Origin: a bacterium
GTDB lineage: Bacteria; SAR324; NAC60-12
Assembly: GCA_965209155.1 (NCBI GenBank)
Contig: OZ242383.1
Span: 1,920,001-1,984,000, forward strand
Length of the DNA stretch: 64,000 bases
Direction of reading: 5' to 3'
The position numbers and the translations under genes are program-made. Shown here piece by piece: positions 29,641-39,767 of this stretch. How positions within the stretch are numbered: position 1 is the first letter of the stretch; every line of letters starts with the position of its first letter. The notes below the pieces were generated by a model. It worked only from the letters and a program-made list of their open reading frames with translations, ran no database searches and had not been told where the DNA came from.

Positions 29641-30882
29641 ATGAAACCAAATAAAAACCAATCCATTCCTCTGGGGATCCCAGAGATTTCGCCCGATCGG
29701 TTCATACCCTCCGACAGCGCAGGCATTCAGGCGCACCTGCAGGAGCATGGCTTTGTGTGCGTACGTGGATGTATGAGCCAGCCCGAACTTGACCATGCCG
29801 AAGACCTCCTGTGGCAACACTTGGAGGGCGTGGAAGAGACCACGCAGCGGATGGCACAGAAGCGACCCATCGGGTGGCGGCGGGGGCAGCCCACGACATG
29901 GTTGGAGGGGCGCGGAGACGGTCTGATGTCTAGCACAACACACTGCGATTCGATGTGGTATGTGCGATCGAGGCCGGAGGTCATCAACGCCTTCCACACC
30001 GCCTACGGCACACACGACAATTCTGAGCTGGTGGCGTCGTACGACCGTATGTCAGTGAACTTGCCGACCTCCAGTAGAAACCCAGAAACACTGCGTGTGG
30101 CTGCGACGACCTCGCAGCACGGCAAGTTTGGTGTGGCGCAGCAGATGCACACGCACTCAGGCCAGTGGTATGGTCCCGAGTTCAGTGGCCCCGAGTACTA
30201 TGCCATCGTGCCGCTCTTCGATATGAACCGGAAAACGGGGGCGACGGCAGTGGTTCCGGGTTCCCACTGCAAGGTCCAGGAGATCAAAGAGCGGTGGCAT
30301 CAGAAGTGGGGTTCCCAGAGCCACGGCCAGAACAGTGACGAAGAGAAACTCCTGGCATCTGCGGACCTGGAGCCCTTCGAGCAGTGTGGTCTGACACCTT
30401 GCGTCACCAACATCAAAGCCGGAGATTGCATCCTCTTCAACAGTGCGACCTTCCACGGCGGCTATGCGGCAGAAGATCCCACAGGAGAAAGCAGCAACGG
30501 CCCCAATCAGCTCCTGCGAGCCATCTACATTATGGGTATGTCTTTATTACAGCTGCAGACCCCAGAGATCCTGGAGGCGAGGCGCAATGCTTATGAACTT
30601 GACTTGTTCTGGCCGCAACCCTTCCCGCATGCTGCCTTTGCTCAATACATCCTCGCTGGTCAGTTCGATGCCCAATACGAACAGTCACTCGGGTGCGTGG
30701 CCCGGCCGGGTGCAAGGGAGGAGATAATCGAAGGAACAATGGAAGATGCCCTGGCCTCTAATTACTTGGACCGGCAGGTCACAGGGGAAACGATGTTTCC
30801 TCGGATCCGGGAGTTTGCCGAGGCGGAGCCAGGGGTGCAGAGGTTGATCGACCCGATTTATGCTGATGCTGCTAAGCTCTAG
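29641..30882 (+). CDS. Phytanoyl-CoA dioxygenase (PhyH)-like Fe/2OG oxygenase
   Basis: HGFVCVR, MWYVRSRPEV, VVPGSH and AGDCILFNSATFHG motifs. Confidence 0.7.
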   Translation: MKPNKNQSIPLGIPEISPDRFIPSDSAGIQAHLQEHGFVCVRGCMSQPELDHAEDLLWQHLEGVEETTQRMAQKRPIGWRRGQPTTWLEGRGDGLMSSTTHCDSMWYVRSRPEVINAFHTAYGTHDNSELVASYDRMSVNLPTSSRNPETLRVAATTSQHGKFGVAQQMHTHSGQWYGPEFSGPEYYAIVPLFDMNRKTGATAVVPGSHCKVQEIKERWHQKWGSQSHGQNSDEEKLLASADLEPFEQCGLTPCVTNIKAGDCILFNSATFHGGYAAEDPTGESSNGPNQLLRAIYIMGMSLLQLQTPEILEARRNAYELDLFWPQPFPHAAFAQYILAGQFDAQYEQSLGCVARPGAREEIIEGTMEDALASNYLDRQVTGETMFPRIREFAEAEPGVQRLIDPIYADAAKL

Positions 30883-30914
30883 TCTAATATGCAGCTCAGC
30901 TGGAAGGAAAGATT

Positions 30915-31031
30915 ATGAAACGCAAAACAGCATGGGAATTAACCGAAACGGATCTCAAGGAAATCGATGCCATTTTCAAAGAAGAAAACAGTCCGACTTA
31001 TTTTGATTATCCAATGGCTTTGGCTGTATAG
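30915..31031 (+). pseudogene. Possible C-terminal fragment of an aldo/keto reductase
   Basis: Hand translation includes WELTETDLKEIDAIF. Confidence 0.4.
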
Positions 31032-31111
31032 AGTGGTTGGTTCGATTTACAGGATGACAAATCTTACACTTTTAAAGGCAACCTGGTAAAAGATACTTTG
31101 CAATAAGTACG

Positions 31112-32053
31112 ATGAGAGAGAGCACTGTGGATTTGCCAATAAAAGGAATCCATCGATACGGCGAGAGGAGGATCCGATGGATGAGTGCGATAGGGCCTTA
31201 TCTCTATATTCTCCCGGCGCTGCTCCTCGTTTCTATCATGCTCCTTTTGCCCGTCTTCTTTACGCTTGGCATCAGCTTTACCAAATGGGATCTCCTCTCA
31301 GATCCCCAATGGGTCGGTTTCGCCCAATATCAGAAGGTGTTTCAGAGTTCAAAATTTCTGACCTCCTTAGGCAATACGCTGCTCTGGACGGTGGGAACCA
31401 TGCTCGTTCCGGTGCTTCTGGGATTGTTGCTGGCCGTTGCCTTAGACAGAGTAGCCGGGGAGAGAATCTATAAGTTTATGATCTATCTCCCGCGCGTCCT
31501 CGCCCCGACGGTGTTAGGGGTCATCTGGAGCTTTATATACGCACGTGATGGCCTCTTGAATGAAGCTTTAAGATTGATCGGATTGGAGGATCTGGCACGA
31601 TCCTGGCTGCTTACGCCACCCGTTAACACATTTGCCATGATTGGCACCTTTACCTGGGGGATCACCGGTATTAACATGATCCTCTTCCTGGTCGGTCTGC
31701 AGACCATTCCCAAGGAGATTGTCGAGGCGGCCAAGATCGAGGGTGCTTCGGAGTGGAAAATATTCACGGATATCAAGCTGCCGCTCCTGGGGCCGATTAC
31801 CACCATCGTCGTCACGATGTCCGTCATCGGGAGTTTTACAACCTTCGACCTGGTATGGGTGATGACCAAGGGAGGGCCTTACGGCTCTTCGGAGACCTTG
31901 GCGGTCACCATGTTTAACGAGTCATTTAACCTTTTTCATGTGGGCACGGGCGCGGCCATCGCCATTGTGTTGTCCTTATGCACCCTGGGCTTCTCCATCC
32001 TTTACCTGCGCACTGTCTTCAAGCGAGAGCAAGGGCGAGAGCAAACCGGTTGA
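31112..32053 (+). CDS. Carbohydrate ABC transporter permease 1
   Basis: EAA motif EAAKIEGAS; FDLVWVMTKGGP. Confidence 0.92.
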   Translation: MRESTVDLPIKGIHRYGERRIRWMSAIGPYLYILPALLLVSIMLLLPVFFTLGISFTKWDLLSDPQWVGFAQYQKVFQSSKFLTSLGNTLLWTVGTMLVPVLLGLLLAVALDRVAGERIYKFMIYLPRVLAPTVLGVIWSFIYARDGLLNEALRLIGLEDLARSWLLTPPVNTFAMIGTFTWGITGINMILFLVGLQTIPKEIVEAAKIEGASEWKIFTDIKLPLLGPITTIVVTMSVIGSFTTFDLVWVMTKGGPYGSSETLAVTMFNESFNLFHVGTGAAIAIVLSLCTLGFSILYLRTVFKREQGREQTG

Positions 32054-32077
32054 ATCCCCTGATAGAGGAGGGCCCCC

Positions 32078-32920
32078 ATGAAACTCAGGATCAAATCCAA
32101 ACATTTATTTGCTGTTTTCTTTTCCTTCTTGTCCCTGCTTTGGGTGATTCCGATCGTGATGGTTTTCTTAATCTCCATGAAGGACAACCGGGAATACCTG
32201 GTGACGAAGCTGTGGGAACTGCCAGAGAGCATCTGGCCGCTCTTCAGAAATTGGGAAATAGCCATGGAGAAGCTGCACCTGGCCCCGGCTTTGTTAAACA
32301 GCTTTATATATGCTGTGGGCGGTTCGGCCATGGGCGTTTTTTTGGCATCGCTGGCGGCCTACAGTTTGGTTAAGTTAAAGGTAAAGGGGAGGTTTTTTTT
32401 GTTTATGGTTATCTTTAGCGGGACGGTCTTTCCCTTTCAGATCTACCTGATTCCTTTATTCAAGGGTTATCTTGTGACCGATCTCTATGACTCGAGATTT
32501 GGCATGCTACTGATCTACACCACCCTGATGATTCCGTTCTGTCTTTTAGTTTTTCACAGATATTTCTCCACCATCCCGGATGAATACCTCGAAGCGGCTA
32601 AGATCGACGGCGCCTCCTCATTCCGGGTCTATGCGGCGATTGTCCTGCCAATGTCCAAAGCTCCCTTGATTATCCTCTTCCTCACCCAGTTCACCTGGAT
32701 TTGGAACGACCTCTTGTTCGCCCAGTTGCTCACCATTTCCGTTGAGATACGTCCGGTCATGCCCACGTTGGCGTCACTCAACACTCATACCATGTCTATT
32801 TTTGGGTTGCCCACTGTCATGACCGCCGTCCTGATTGGCTCACTGCCCATGTTGATCCTGTTTGTCCTCCTGCAGCGTTATTTTATGAAGGGGCTGGTGC
32901 TGACCACGGCAGGCGAATAA
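32078..32920 (+). CDS. Carbohydrate ABC transporter permease 2
   Basis: EAAKIDGAS and WNDLL motifs. Confidence 0.92.
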   Translation: MKLRIKSKHLFAVFFSFLSLLWVIPIVMVFLISMKDNREYLVTKLWELPESIWPLFRNWEIAMEKLHLAPALLNSFIYAVGGSAMGVFLASLAAYSLVKLKVKGRFFLFMVIFSGTVFPFQIYLIPLFKGYLVTDLYDSRFGMLLIYTTLMIPFCLLVFHRYFSTIPDEYLEAAKIDGASSFRVYAAIVLPMSKAPLIILFLTQFTWIWNDLLFAQLLTISVEIRPVMPTLASLNTHTMSIFGLPTVMTAVLIGSLPMLILFVLLQRYFMKGLVLTTAGE

Positions 32921-33060
32921 AGAACTCTAAATTGAACCAGCTCTGGCTCAAATAGCAAGGAAAGACGAAAATCCAGTTTCAACGAAAGAAATGACCGATC
33001 TCATTAATGCCTCTTCGATCACGCCGATTCTCCAAGAAGCGATGGGCCCGTTCGATCCGC

Positions 33061-33136
33061 CATGATGATCGAAGTGGACCGGTATCAGTGATCGAAGTGG
33101 GCCGGAATCGGTGATCGAAGTGGGCTGAAATATGCA
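33061..33136 (-). mobile_element. Solo IS21-family end
   Basis: Reverse complement of the IS21 left end at 51652, with 22-bp repeats and terminal atatgca. Confidence 0.8.
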
Positions 33137-33197
33137 ATCAAAGGAAACAACATAAAATGATTCTCCACTGGGAATGAAGAGGAGGGAGGGCCAATGA

Positions 33198-33746
33198 ATG
33201 TTTGTCAACAGGCAAGAAGGATGTAATAAATTGAGATTATTTCGGCATCACAAAGCGCTGATGGTTTTGGAACCTTTGGTCTTGGAGAGCCGGGAAGAAT
33301 TGACAGAAAAAATACCTCAATGGAAAGCCACTCTGGAGACCTTGGATTCCCCTGAGTCCGAAAAGAGGCATTTGATAGAATTGTTAACCTATGCTATTGT
33401 AGAGAAGTTTTCTAAACTGACGAGAGAGGAGATAGAGAAGATGCTCAAACTGACCCCATTGGACGAAACCGTCGCCGGAAAAGAACTGATCCAAATCGGA
33501 AAATCACAAGGTTTGCAAGAAGGTCGAGAGGAAGGTCGAGAGGAAGGTCGAGAAGAAGGTCGAGAAGAAGGTCGAGAGGAAGGTCGAGAAGAAGGTCTGG
33601 AAAAAGGGAAACTGATTGGTCAAATCCACATGACTCAAAACCTTCTCAAACAAGAGAGGACTCCTGAAGAAGAGTTGATTCAAAAAAGGAGAGAAGGGTT
33701 ACAAAACCTGCTTCAACAGCTTCAATCTCAACTCAATCGCTCCTAA
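33198..33746 (+). pseudogene. C-terminal part of an Rpn-family protein with EGRE repeats
   Basis: EKFSKLTREEIEKML, (EGRE)x6 and GKLIGQI; nuclease domain absent; follows the IS21 end. Confidence 0.7.
33519..33602 (+). repeat. 12-bp coding tandem repeat (gaaggtcgagar x6 plus one degenerate unit)
   Basis: Directly visible in the sequence. Confidence 0.95.
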
Positions 33747-34024
33747 GCAAGCTCAAGCACTTTTTGTGAAAGATGATTATTTTGAGTGCGCATCAGTCCT
33801 TGAAATGATTCGCTCTGAATCCCTTGCTTTTCGCTCTTGGAAGGGCAGGATTGCCCCATATTTTCAAGGACAGACACAGAGAGCAGCGAGGATCAAGTCC
33901 TGGATGAGACCAGCACTCGCCCCTGAGGAATTAAGGTGAGCAAGAATAATTCGCTCAACTCAGGTTTTTATTTCTCATAACCTTTTTCAGGAGGTACTGC
34001 AAAATCCTTATCTCGAACTCAGGT

Positions 34025-34470
34025 TAACTATTCAGGTATCTTCAGAGAACCCATCGAATTGAGCACAGATTTTGCGTGGCATAAAGTCCAGAAAGGTCCT
34101 TATGCTCTCGAAAGTTCAAAAATATATTGATTCCCTTTCATTGATTCCCCACCTCGAGGCTCTTCAAGAAGCCAGTCAACACTTTGAAAAAGAACGAGAG
34201 CCATGGAAGCAAGAGCGCTTAGCACTCTGATTTACCTGATTGATAGATTTTTAATTATTTTTTACGAATCCTGCTTTTTTTTCATTTGGGGGTTGACATT
34301 ATGCAAAAAATATAAATTGCCAATATCATGCCTTCACTAAGTTGTTTTAGTGAAAAAGAGGGTTCCCGATCGATGGAACCATATCGTGGGAGGACTTGAA
34401 AACGATCGATCCTCTCCGGGAATCTTTTTAATGATAACTGAACGGGTTTTTCAGAGACCTGAATAGTTAC
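34025..34470 (+). mobile_element. IS66-derived miniature element (both ends, internal deletion)
   Basis: taactattcagg ... cctgaatagttac. The left part matches the transposase start region at 50471-50672; the right part matches the right-end repeat. Confidence 0.8.
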
Positions 34471-34480
34471 AGAAAGATAT

Positions 34481-35569
34481 ATGTTGAAGAGAAAAAATGA
34501 GCATGGCGGCAACATTTCCGGACTGGCGCAACAATATGGTTTGGATATAAATGAGATTATCGACCTCAGCAGCAATATTTCCCATGTTGTTCCTGAAATG
34601 GTATTGGACTGCCTTGAAAAAAATTTGAGGGCCGTTCAGCATTTGCCGGAGCCTTATTCTGAAAGCGTGCTGACGCAATTGTCTCACCACTATCATCTTC
34701 CAAAACCTTTCGTGGTCTGCGGGGCGGGAACAACCGAGCTGATCCAGGGAATGAGCTATTGTCATGCGGCTCAAACGGTTTTGATTGTTCAACCAACTTA
34801 TACGGACTATGAGAAGTATGCCTCACTTTATGGTTGCAGGATCGTCGAGCAGGTTTTGAATGCGAATGAAAATTTTTACTTCGACGTCGAAAAATTTGAG
34901 GAGATGATTGCCGGTGTTCAACTGGTTTTTATTTGTAATCCCAACAACCCAACGGGAACCTTGATCGACCGACCATTGATTCTCACGCTTTTAAAGCGCT
35001 TTCCCCAAGTGATTTTCGTATTGGATGAGTCTTACATGCCATTTACTTCCTCCGAATCGACTCATTCATTGTTGGGCGCAGGGCAACGCAACCTGGTCGT
35101 TCTACGTTCTTTCTCCAAAATTTTTGCCGTACCCGGATTGAGAATGGGATGGTTGTATACGCCTAATAAGGAGCTTATCAACGAATTGCGGAGCTTTTTG
35201 TCTCCCTGGTCTTTGAACTCGCTGGCCCAAATCGTAGCGAAAAAATTAATCGGGTTTGAAGATCCATCTTTGACGGAACAAATACAAAATACGAAAAAAA
35301 AATTAATTGAACGGATCGCCCCATTTTCCTGGCTTTCCCCTTATCCCAGTCACGCCAATTTTGTTCTGATCAAGTCGCTCAGTTATTCTTCCAAAATGCT
35401 TTTTGACTATTTTGCGCGCCATAAAATTTTGATCCGTGATTGCAGCAATTTTACAGGTTTGGATCAATCATTTATTCGTTTTTCCATTAAAGATGAACGC
35501 AGTACCCTGAAGGCAGGAGCAATCTTCCAACAATTGAATGAAAATGCAAACCCGACTCTGAATAGATAG
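34481..35569 (+). CDS. cobD: Threonine-phosphate decarboxylase CobD / HisC-like PLP enzyme
   Basis: HGGN, DLSSNI, CNPNNPTG, DESY, RSFSKIFAVPGLRMG and IRDCSNF motifs. Confidence 0.75.
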   Translation: MLKRKNEHGGNISGLAQQYGLDINEIIDLSSNISHVVPEMVLDCLEKNLRAVQHLPEPYSESVLTQLSHHYHLPKPFVVCGAGTTELIQGMSYCHAAQTVLIVQPTYTDYEKYASLYGCRIVEQVLNANENFYFDVEKFEEMIAGVQLVFICNPNNPTGTLIDRPLILTLLKRFPQVIFVLDESYMPFTSSESTHSLLGAGQRNLVVLRSFSKIFAVPGLRMGWLYTPNKELINELRSFLSPWSLNSLAQIVAKKLIGFEDPSLTEQIQNTKKKLIERIAPFSWLSPYPSHANFVLIKSLSYSSKMLFDYFARHKILIRDCSNFTGLDQSFIRFSIKDERSTLKAGAIFQQLNENANPTLNR

Positions 35570-35612
35570 ATTCTTCCTTAATTGAAATGCGAATCAGGAG
35601 TTGAAATTTAAT

Positions 35613-36174
35613 TAATCTCATTAAACCACAAGCTCTGCTGGTGCGAACCTAATAGGCTTTGCCGGTCAGACATGAGAAACGTATCCGTGTCCGTTAGCCG
35701 TGCTCGTGCTCGTGAACGGTCAGTGAATTCGACGGCACATTTTGGTTAACATAGAAACAATGCGATGAAGTAACTGTTTCCCTTCGTCAAATAAAGGAGG
35801 CTGGATGATCTTCAACACGTTTAAAACATCGAGAATAGCAGCGCATTCCATTGCGGAACCTCGGGCAAATGCATAGAATCGTTGCTTGTCAGGAAAGGAA
35901 TTTTTTCCACAGCCTTCTGCGATATTGAGAGGAATCGACCATGAGGTCCTTTTCAGTTGGTCAACTAAGGCTGAGTATCCTTTTGGCAATGTTTCGATGA
36001 CTTGGACAGATAACGCTAAAAATTCGATGGAACATTGGTATACATCGATTTTTTCATGATCTAACATGGCAGCCTTTTTCGTTCACGAGCACGAGCACGT
36101 CTTACGATGACGAACACGTTTTGCCCCCATCCTGGGGGCCTCTTCAAGCCACCGGCTCTGCCGGTGGTGATGAC
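35613..36174 (+). mobile_element. Four-helix-bundle element with IS200/IS605-type ends (copy 3, 562 bp)
   Basis: TTAAT at 35608-35612; right end is TGAC; removing it restores the sequence seen uninterrupted at 8095-8114 (reverse strand). Confidence 0.9.
35720..36067 (-). CDS. Four-helix-bundle protein (copy 3)
   Basis: Nearly identical to copies 1 and 2. Confidence 0.9.
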   Translation of the reverse strand: MLDHEKIDVYQCSIEFLALSVQVIETLPKGYSALVDQLKRTSWSIPLNIAEGCGKNSFPDKQRFYAFARGSAMECAAILDVLNVLKIIQPPLFDEGKQLLHRIVSMLTKMCRRIH

Positions 36175-36516
36175 TTATAAAATCAATAATTTAATAATTA
36201 TGATGTGTCATGCCGGTCCCGGATCATCAGGCATCCAAAATATCACCCGTATTCCCCTGGATTGCTGGTCAAGCCAGGAATGACACGTTTTTTGACTCCT
36301 GATTCGTGGTCAAGCCAGGAATGACAAGTTTTTTGACTTTGGATTCCTGGTCTGGGCCAGGAATGACAAGTTTTTTAACTCCTGATTCACGTACTTGAAT
36401 TAGTGATATAACAGGCAAAATCTGATATTGTTGATCACTCAGCCAAACGTCCGAAACCGGTTTTGTTTGCGCGTATAAAAGTACGAAAGTCAGTTATTTT
36501 TTTCAGGAGAGGCCTC

Positions 36517-36891
36517 ATGGCACAAAACACAAAGAATAATGGAAACAAAAAAAATCAAAGTGAATCTTTAGAAGAAAAATCGTCTGATCCGTCCGCCAGT
36601 GTTGAAGAACTTTCTTTCCAGGAGATTGGTATTCGATTGATTTATTCCCTCCTGTTTTTAATTATTTTTGCGCTGGTTGAAACCATCGTACAGATCACCG
36701 TATTATTTCAATTCATACACCTCTTTCTTGTTCGCCGGGAAAACGATGCGGTTCGCGATGCCACCAACAAATTGTCAACTTATGCTTATAAAGTAATTCG
36801 TTATCTGACAATGAACGATCATCAACGTCCCTTCCCCTTCACCGATTGGCCTGAGGCCTTGGAACCCCCTGAAGAAAAGGAGATCGACTGA
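36517..36891 (+). CDS. DUF4389-like membrane protein
   Basis: AGGAG RBS; RLIYSLLF and RYLT...RPFPFTDWP motifs. Confidence 0.75.
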   Translation: MAQNTKNNGNKKNQSESLEEKSSDPSASVEELSFQEIGIRLIYSLLFLIIFALVETIVQITVLFQFIHLFLVRRENDAVRDATNKLSTYAYKVIRYLTMNDHQRPFPFTDWPEALEPPEEKEID

Positions 36892-36976
36892 AAAAGAGGG
36901 TGTCGGGTTTGCAGACTGGTATTGTTGGAACTCGGATATTCCAGTTTGCAGCCCTGACTTATTGTATTTGGTAGAG

Positions 36977-37249
36977 ATGAGAAAGCGCTTGAATATAACG
37001 GTCCACGGCTTGGTACAGGGAGTTGCTTTTCGCTATTATACCGTGGAAAAGGCGCAGCAATTGGGCCTCAAAGGCTTTGTGAAAAACCAACCAGATGGTA
37101 CGGTTTATATAGAAGCGGAAGGAGAAGACAGGGTGTTGCGCGATTTCGTAGCCTGGTGTCGTCAGGGTCCCCCTCACGCAAGGGTTACGCAAGTCTTGAC
37201 TACGGAAAGTGATCGTCAACCCGATCAGGGATTTGAAATACGATACTAA
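36977..37249 (+). CDS. acyP: Acylphosphatase
   Basis: GLVQGVAFR, GFVKNQPDGTV and GPPHARV motifs. Confidence 0.93.
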   Translation: MRKRLNITVHGLVQGVAFRYYTVEKAQQLGLKGFVKNQPDGTVYIEAEGEDRVLRDFVAWCRQGPPHARVTQVLTTESDRQPDQGFEIRY

Positions 37250-37452
37250 ATCCAACCCAGGAGATTTTTTCTCCGGGCAAAATTCTCACTGATGCATAGC
37301 ATTATAAAATTTTATTCCAGGGACGGAAGGCCAGCAGGCGATCCCTTTCAGCCCCCTCTGCATTCTTTTAATTTCCCGGATGATTCTTGATTTATTTATC
37401 AAAATAATCCTGCTATAATTAAAAAATTTATAATTATAACAGGGTTCATCCT

Positions 37453-38691
37453 ATGAAAAAAAATGTGTTCTATATCCCGAGGGAGCTGGAAACAGCAATT
37501 GAGCTTTATCGGAATTCCCCGGAAATTTTTGCCATCATAGGGACCAGGCAATGCGGAAAAACGACGTTGGTGCGGCACATCATGCAGGGAATCAAGGGGA
37601 AGCGGGTGGTGTTTCTGGACTTTGAGGATCGGGATGAGCTGAATCTGTTCACAAGCGATATTAAAGCGTTTGCCAAACTCCATGTGGAAGGCAAAGATTT
37701 TTTGTTTATTGATGAATTTCAATATGCTGCTAAGGGGGGGAAACAACTCAAATATCTCTACGATCATTTTCCCATCAAAATCATCATTACCGGTTCTTCG
37801 GCTACAGAACTCTCCATCCAAAGTATCCGGCACCTGGTCGGCCGCATTTTTGTTTTCACCCTGCACCCTTTTTCTTTTTATGAATTTTTAAGTTACAAGG
37901 AACCGAATTTGGCAGAACTGATCCGGACCGAGCCAGCGCTCAGTTCAGTAATCATCGAAAGGACACAGCCCTATTATCAAGAATATCTCATCTATGGGGG
38001 ATATCCCCGAGTGGTGTTGGCAGACTCGTTCCAGGAAAAAGAGGTGGTCTTGAAAAATATTTTTCAAACCTACCTCCTCAAAGAGATTCGACAAATCTTG
38101 AACTACCGCCATGATCTCAAACTCGAAAAATTAATTCGGGCACTGGCTTTCCAAGTCAGTGGTGTTTGTAATTACAATGAATTATCAGGATTGACGGGGT
38201 TGAAATATAGAGAACTCCTGGAGGCCCTCGATATTCTCACCAACACCTTTGTGGTGAGCCCTTCTCGCCCGTATTTTACAAACAAACGGTTGGAATTGGT
38301 CAAATCCCCCAAATTCTATTTTATCGACAATGGATTTCGCAATAGTGCGATCAAAAACTTCAGGCCTCCTGCAGAACGCAGTGATCGAGGGGCGCTTCAT
38401 GAAAACTTCATTGCCGCAGAATTGCTAAAAAAGGATATCGAGCTCCGGTATTGGCGTACCAAGTCCAAAGCCGAGGTCGATTTTATTATCGACCAGGGAA
38501 ACCAATTGCTTCCCCTGGAAGTGAAAACCCAGCCAGGGGGCCCCCGGGTGTCCCGCTCCTTCCGCAGTTTTATCGACAAATACCATCCCGCTCAAGCCAT
38601 CATTGCCTCAAATACTTTTTTTGCAAATGACACCCTGGGAGAGACTGCTCTTTCTTTTCGTCCGCATTGGCAGGTCATTGCCGATTTATAG
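37453..38691 (+). CDS. AAA+ ATPase with DUF4143 / PD-(D/E)XK C-terminus
   Basis: GTRQCGKT, FIDEFQ, TGSS, GGYP, KFYFIDNG and EVDF...EVK motifs. Confidence 0.88.
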   Translation: MKKNVFYIPRELETAIELYRNSPEIFAIIGTRQCGKTTLVRHIMQGIKGKRVVFLDFEDRDELNLFTSDIKAFAKLHVEGKDFLFIDEFQYAAKGGKQLKYLYDHFPIKIIITGSSATELSIQSIRHLVGRIFVFTLHPFSFYEFLSYKEPNLAELIRTEPALSSVIIERTQPYYQEYLIYGGYPRVVLADSFQEKEVVLKNIFQTYLLKEIRQILNYRHDLKLEKLIRALAFQVSGVCNYNELSGLTGLKYRELLEALDILTNTFVVSPSRPYFTNKRLELVKSPKFYFIDNGFRNSAIKNFRPPAERSDRGALHENFIAAELLKKDIELRYWRTKSKAEVDFIIDQGNQLLPLEVKTQPGGPRVSRSFRSFIDKYHPAQAIIASNTFFANDTLGETALSFRPHWQVIADL

Positions 38692-38797
38692 TGCGTACCC
38701 TCACTAATGAACTACCCCGCGGCACAAGCAGCGGGGTATCCCACTGTAAAAACTATTCTCTCAACGAAGCAACGGTACGCCTGATTCGCATTTTTTC

Positions 38798-39301
38798 GTA
38801 ACTATCGCTTTTTGGCTCATGATCATAAAGAAGCGGATCTCCCTGATTGATAGATTTTTAATTTTTTTACGAATCCTGCATTTTTTTTTAAATTTGGGGG
38901 TTGACATTATGCTAAAATATATTGCCAAAATCATGCCTTCACTAAGTTGTTTTAGTGAAAAAAAGGGTTCCCGATCGATGGAACAATATCGTGGGAGGAC
39001 TTGAAAACGATCGGTCCTCTCCGGGAATCTTTTTAATGATATTTAACTGAACGGGTTTTTCAGAGACCTGAATAGTTACTTTTTTTTTACGAATCCTGCA
39101 TTTTTTTTTAATTTGGGGGTTGACATTATGCAAGTAGTAGTAGTGCTATAATCATACCATCACTAAGTTGTTTTAGTGAAAGAAGAGGGTTTCCGATCGA
39201 TGGAACAATATCGTGGGAGGACTTGAAAACGATCAGTCCTCTCCGGAAATTTTTTTCAACGTTATTTGACTAAACGGGTTTTCAGAGACCTGAATAGTTA
39301 C
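38798..39301 (+). mobile_element. Two tandem IS66 right-end repeats (38798-39079, 39080-39301)
   Basis: Each ends cctgaatagttac; the first begins gtaactat. Confidence 0.85.
39120..39152 (+). promoter_or_regulatory. Candidate outward-facing sigma70 promoter (TTGACA, extended -10 TGcTATAAT) in the IS66 end repeat
   Basis: Consensus boxes with 21-bp spacing here and 24 bp at 27626-27661; probably works as an extended -10. Confidence 0.5.
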
Positions 39302-39767
39302 CTTGAAATTAAGAATTTCGGCTTGTTTTTCGTTTTCTTTTTTGATAATTTTCAACGAAATCGCCTTGGGCTGACGGTTTTATTTCAATGTCGCTCCTAT
39401 TGATTGAGCCGAAAGTCATGTAAAACCTCATCTCCTCCCCAGAGGATTTTTAGAAATGGTCCACGGGGAATGGAAAAGGGCAAAAAAAGCTTGATTAACA
39501 TTTGCAAAGCGATTATATAATATTTTTCCAAGTTCCGGGAACGCAACGTTACGGGGGAATTTTGGACATCCGTGATGCCTGAGTATGTCCTGTTTTCGTT
39601 CATTTTTATAAGGAGAAGCCTATGGAATAAAACCCGTTTTGAAACAGCTAATGGGCGCGTGAGAGCGTCATTTTGTCATTTATTTTTTTAAGGAAAATCT
39701 TATGAAATCGAAAATCGCTATTCTGTTAATGCCATTTATTCATTCATTTATTTTTAAGGAGAATCTT

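Larger units (their letters stand above)
35587..36392. mobile_element. REP-containing MITE (second copy), interrupted by the four-helix-bundle element
   Basis: Ends atgcgaatcaggagtt / aactcctgattcacgt; flanks AATTGAA / ACTTGAA; three REP-like units at 36260-36370. Confidence 0.75.

Noticed and set aside
33950..34025. Repeated aactcaggtt, possibly the end of another IS
   Set aside because: No matching second end or transposase found in the window.
38709..38740. Hairpin taccccgc...gcggggta resembling another IS200/IS605-type end
   Set aside because: Single isolated hairpin with no partner end; could equally be a terminator.
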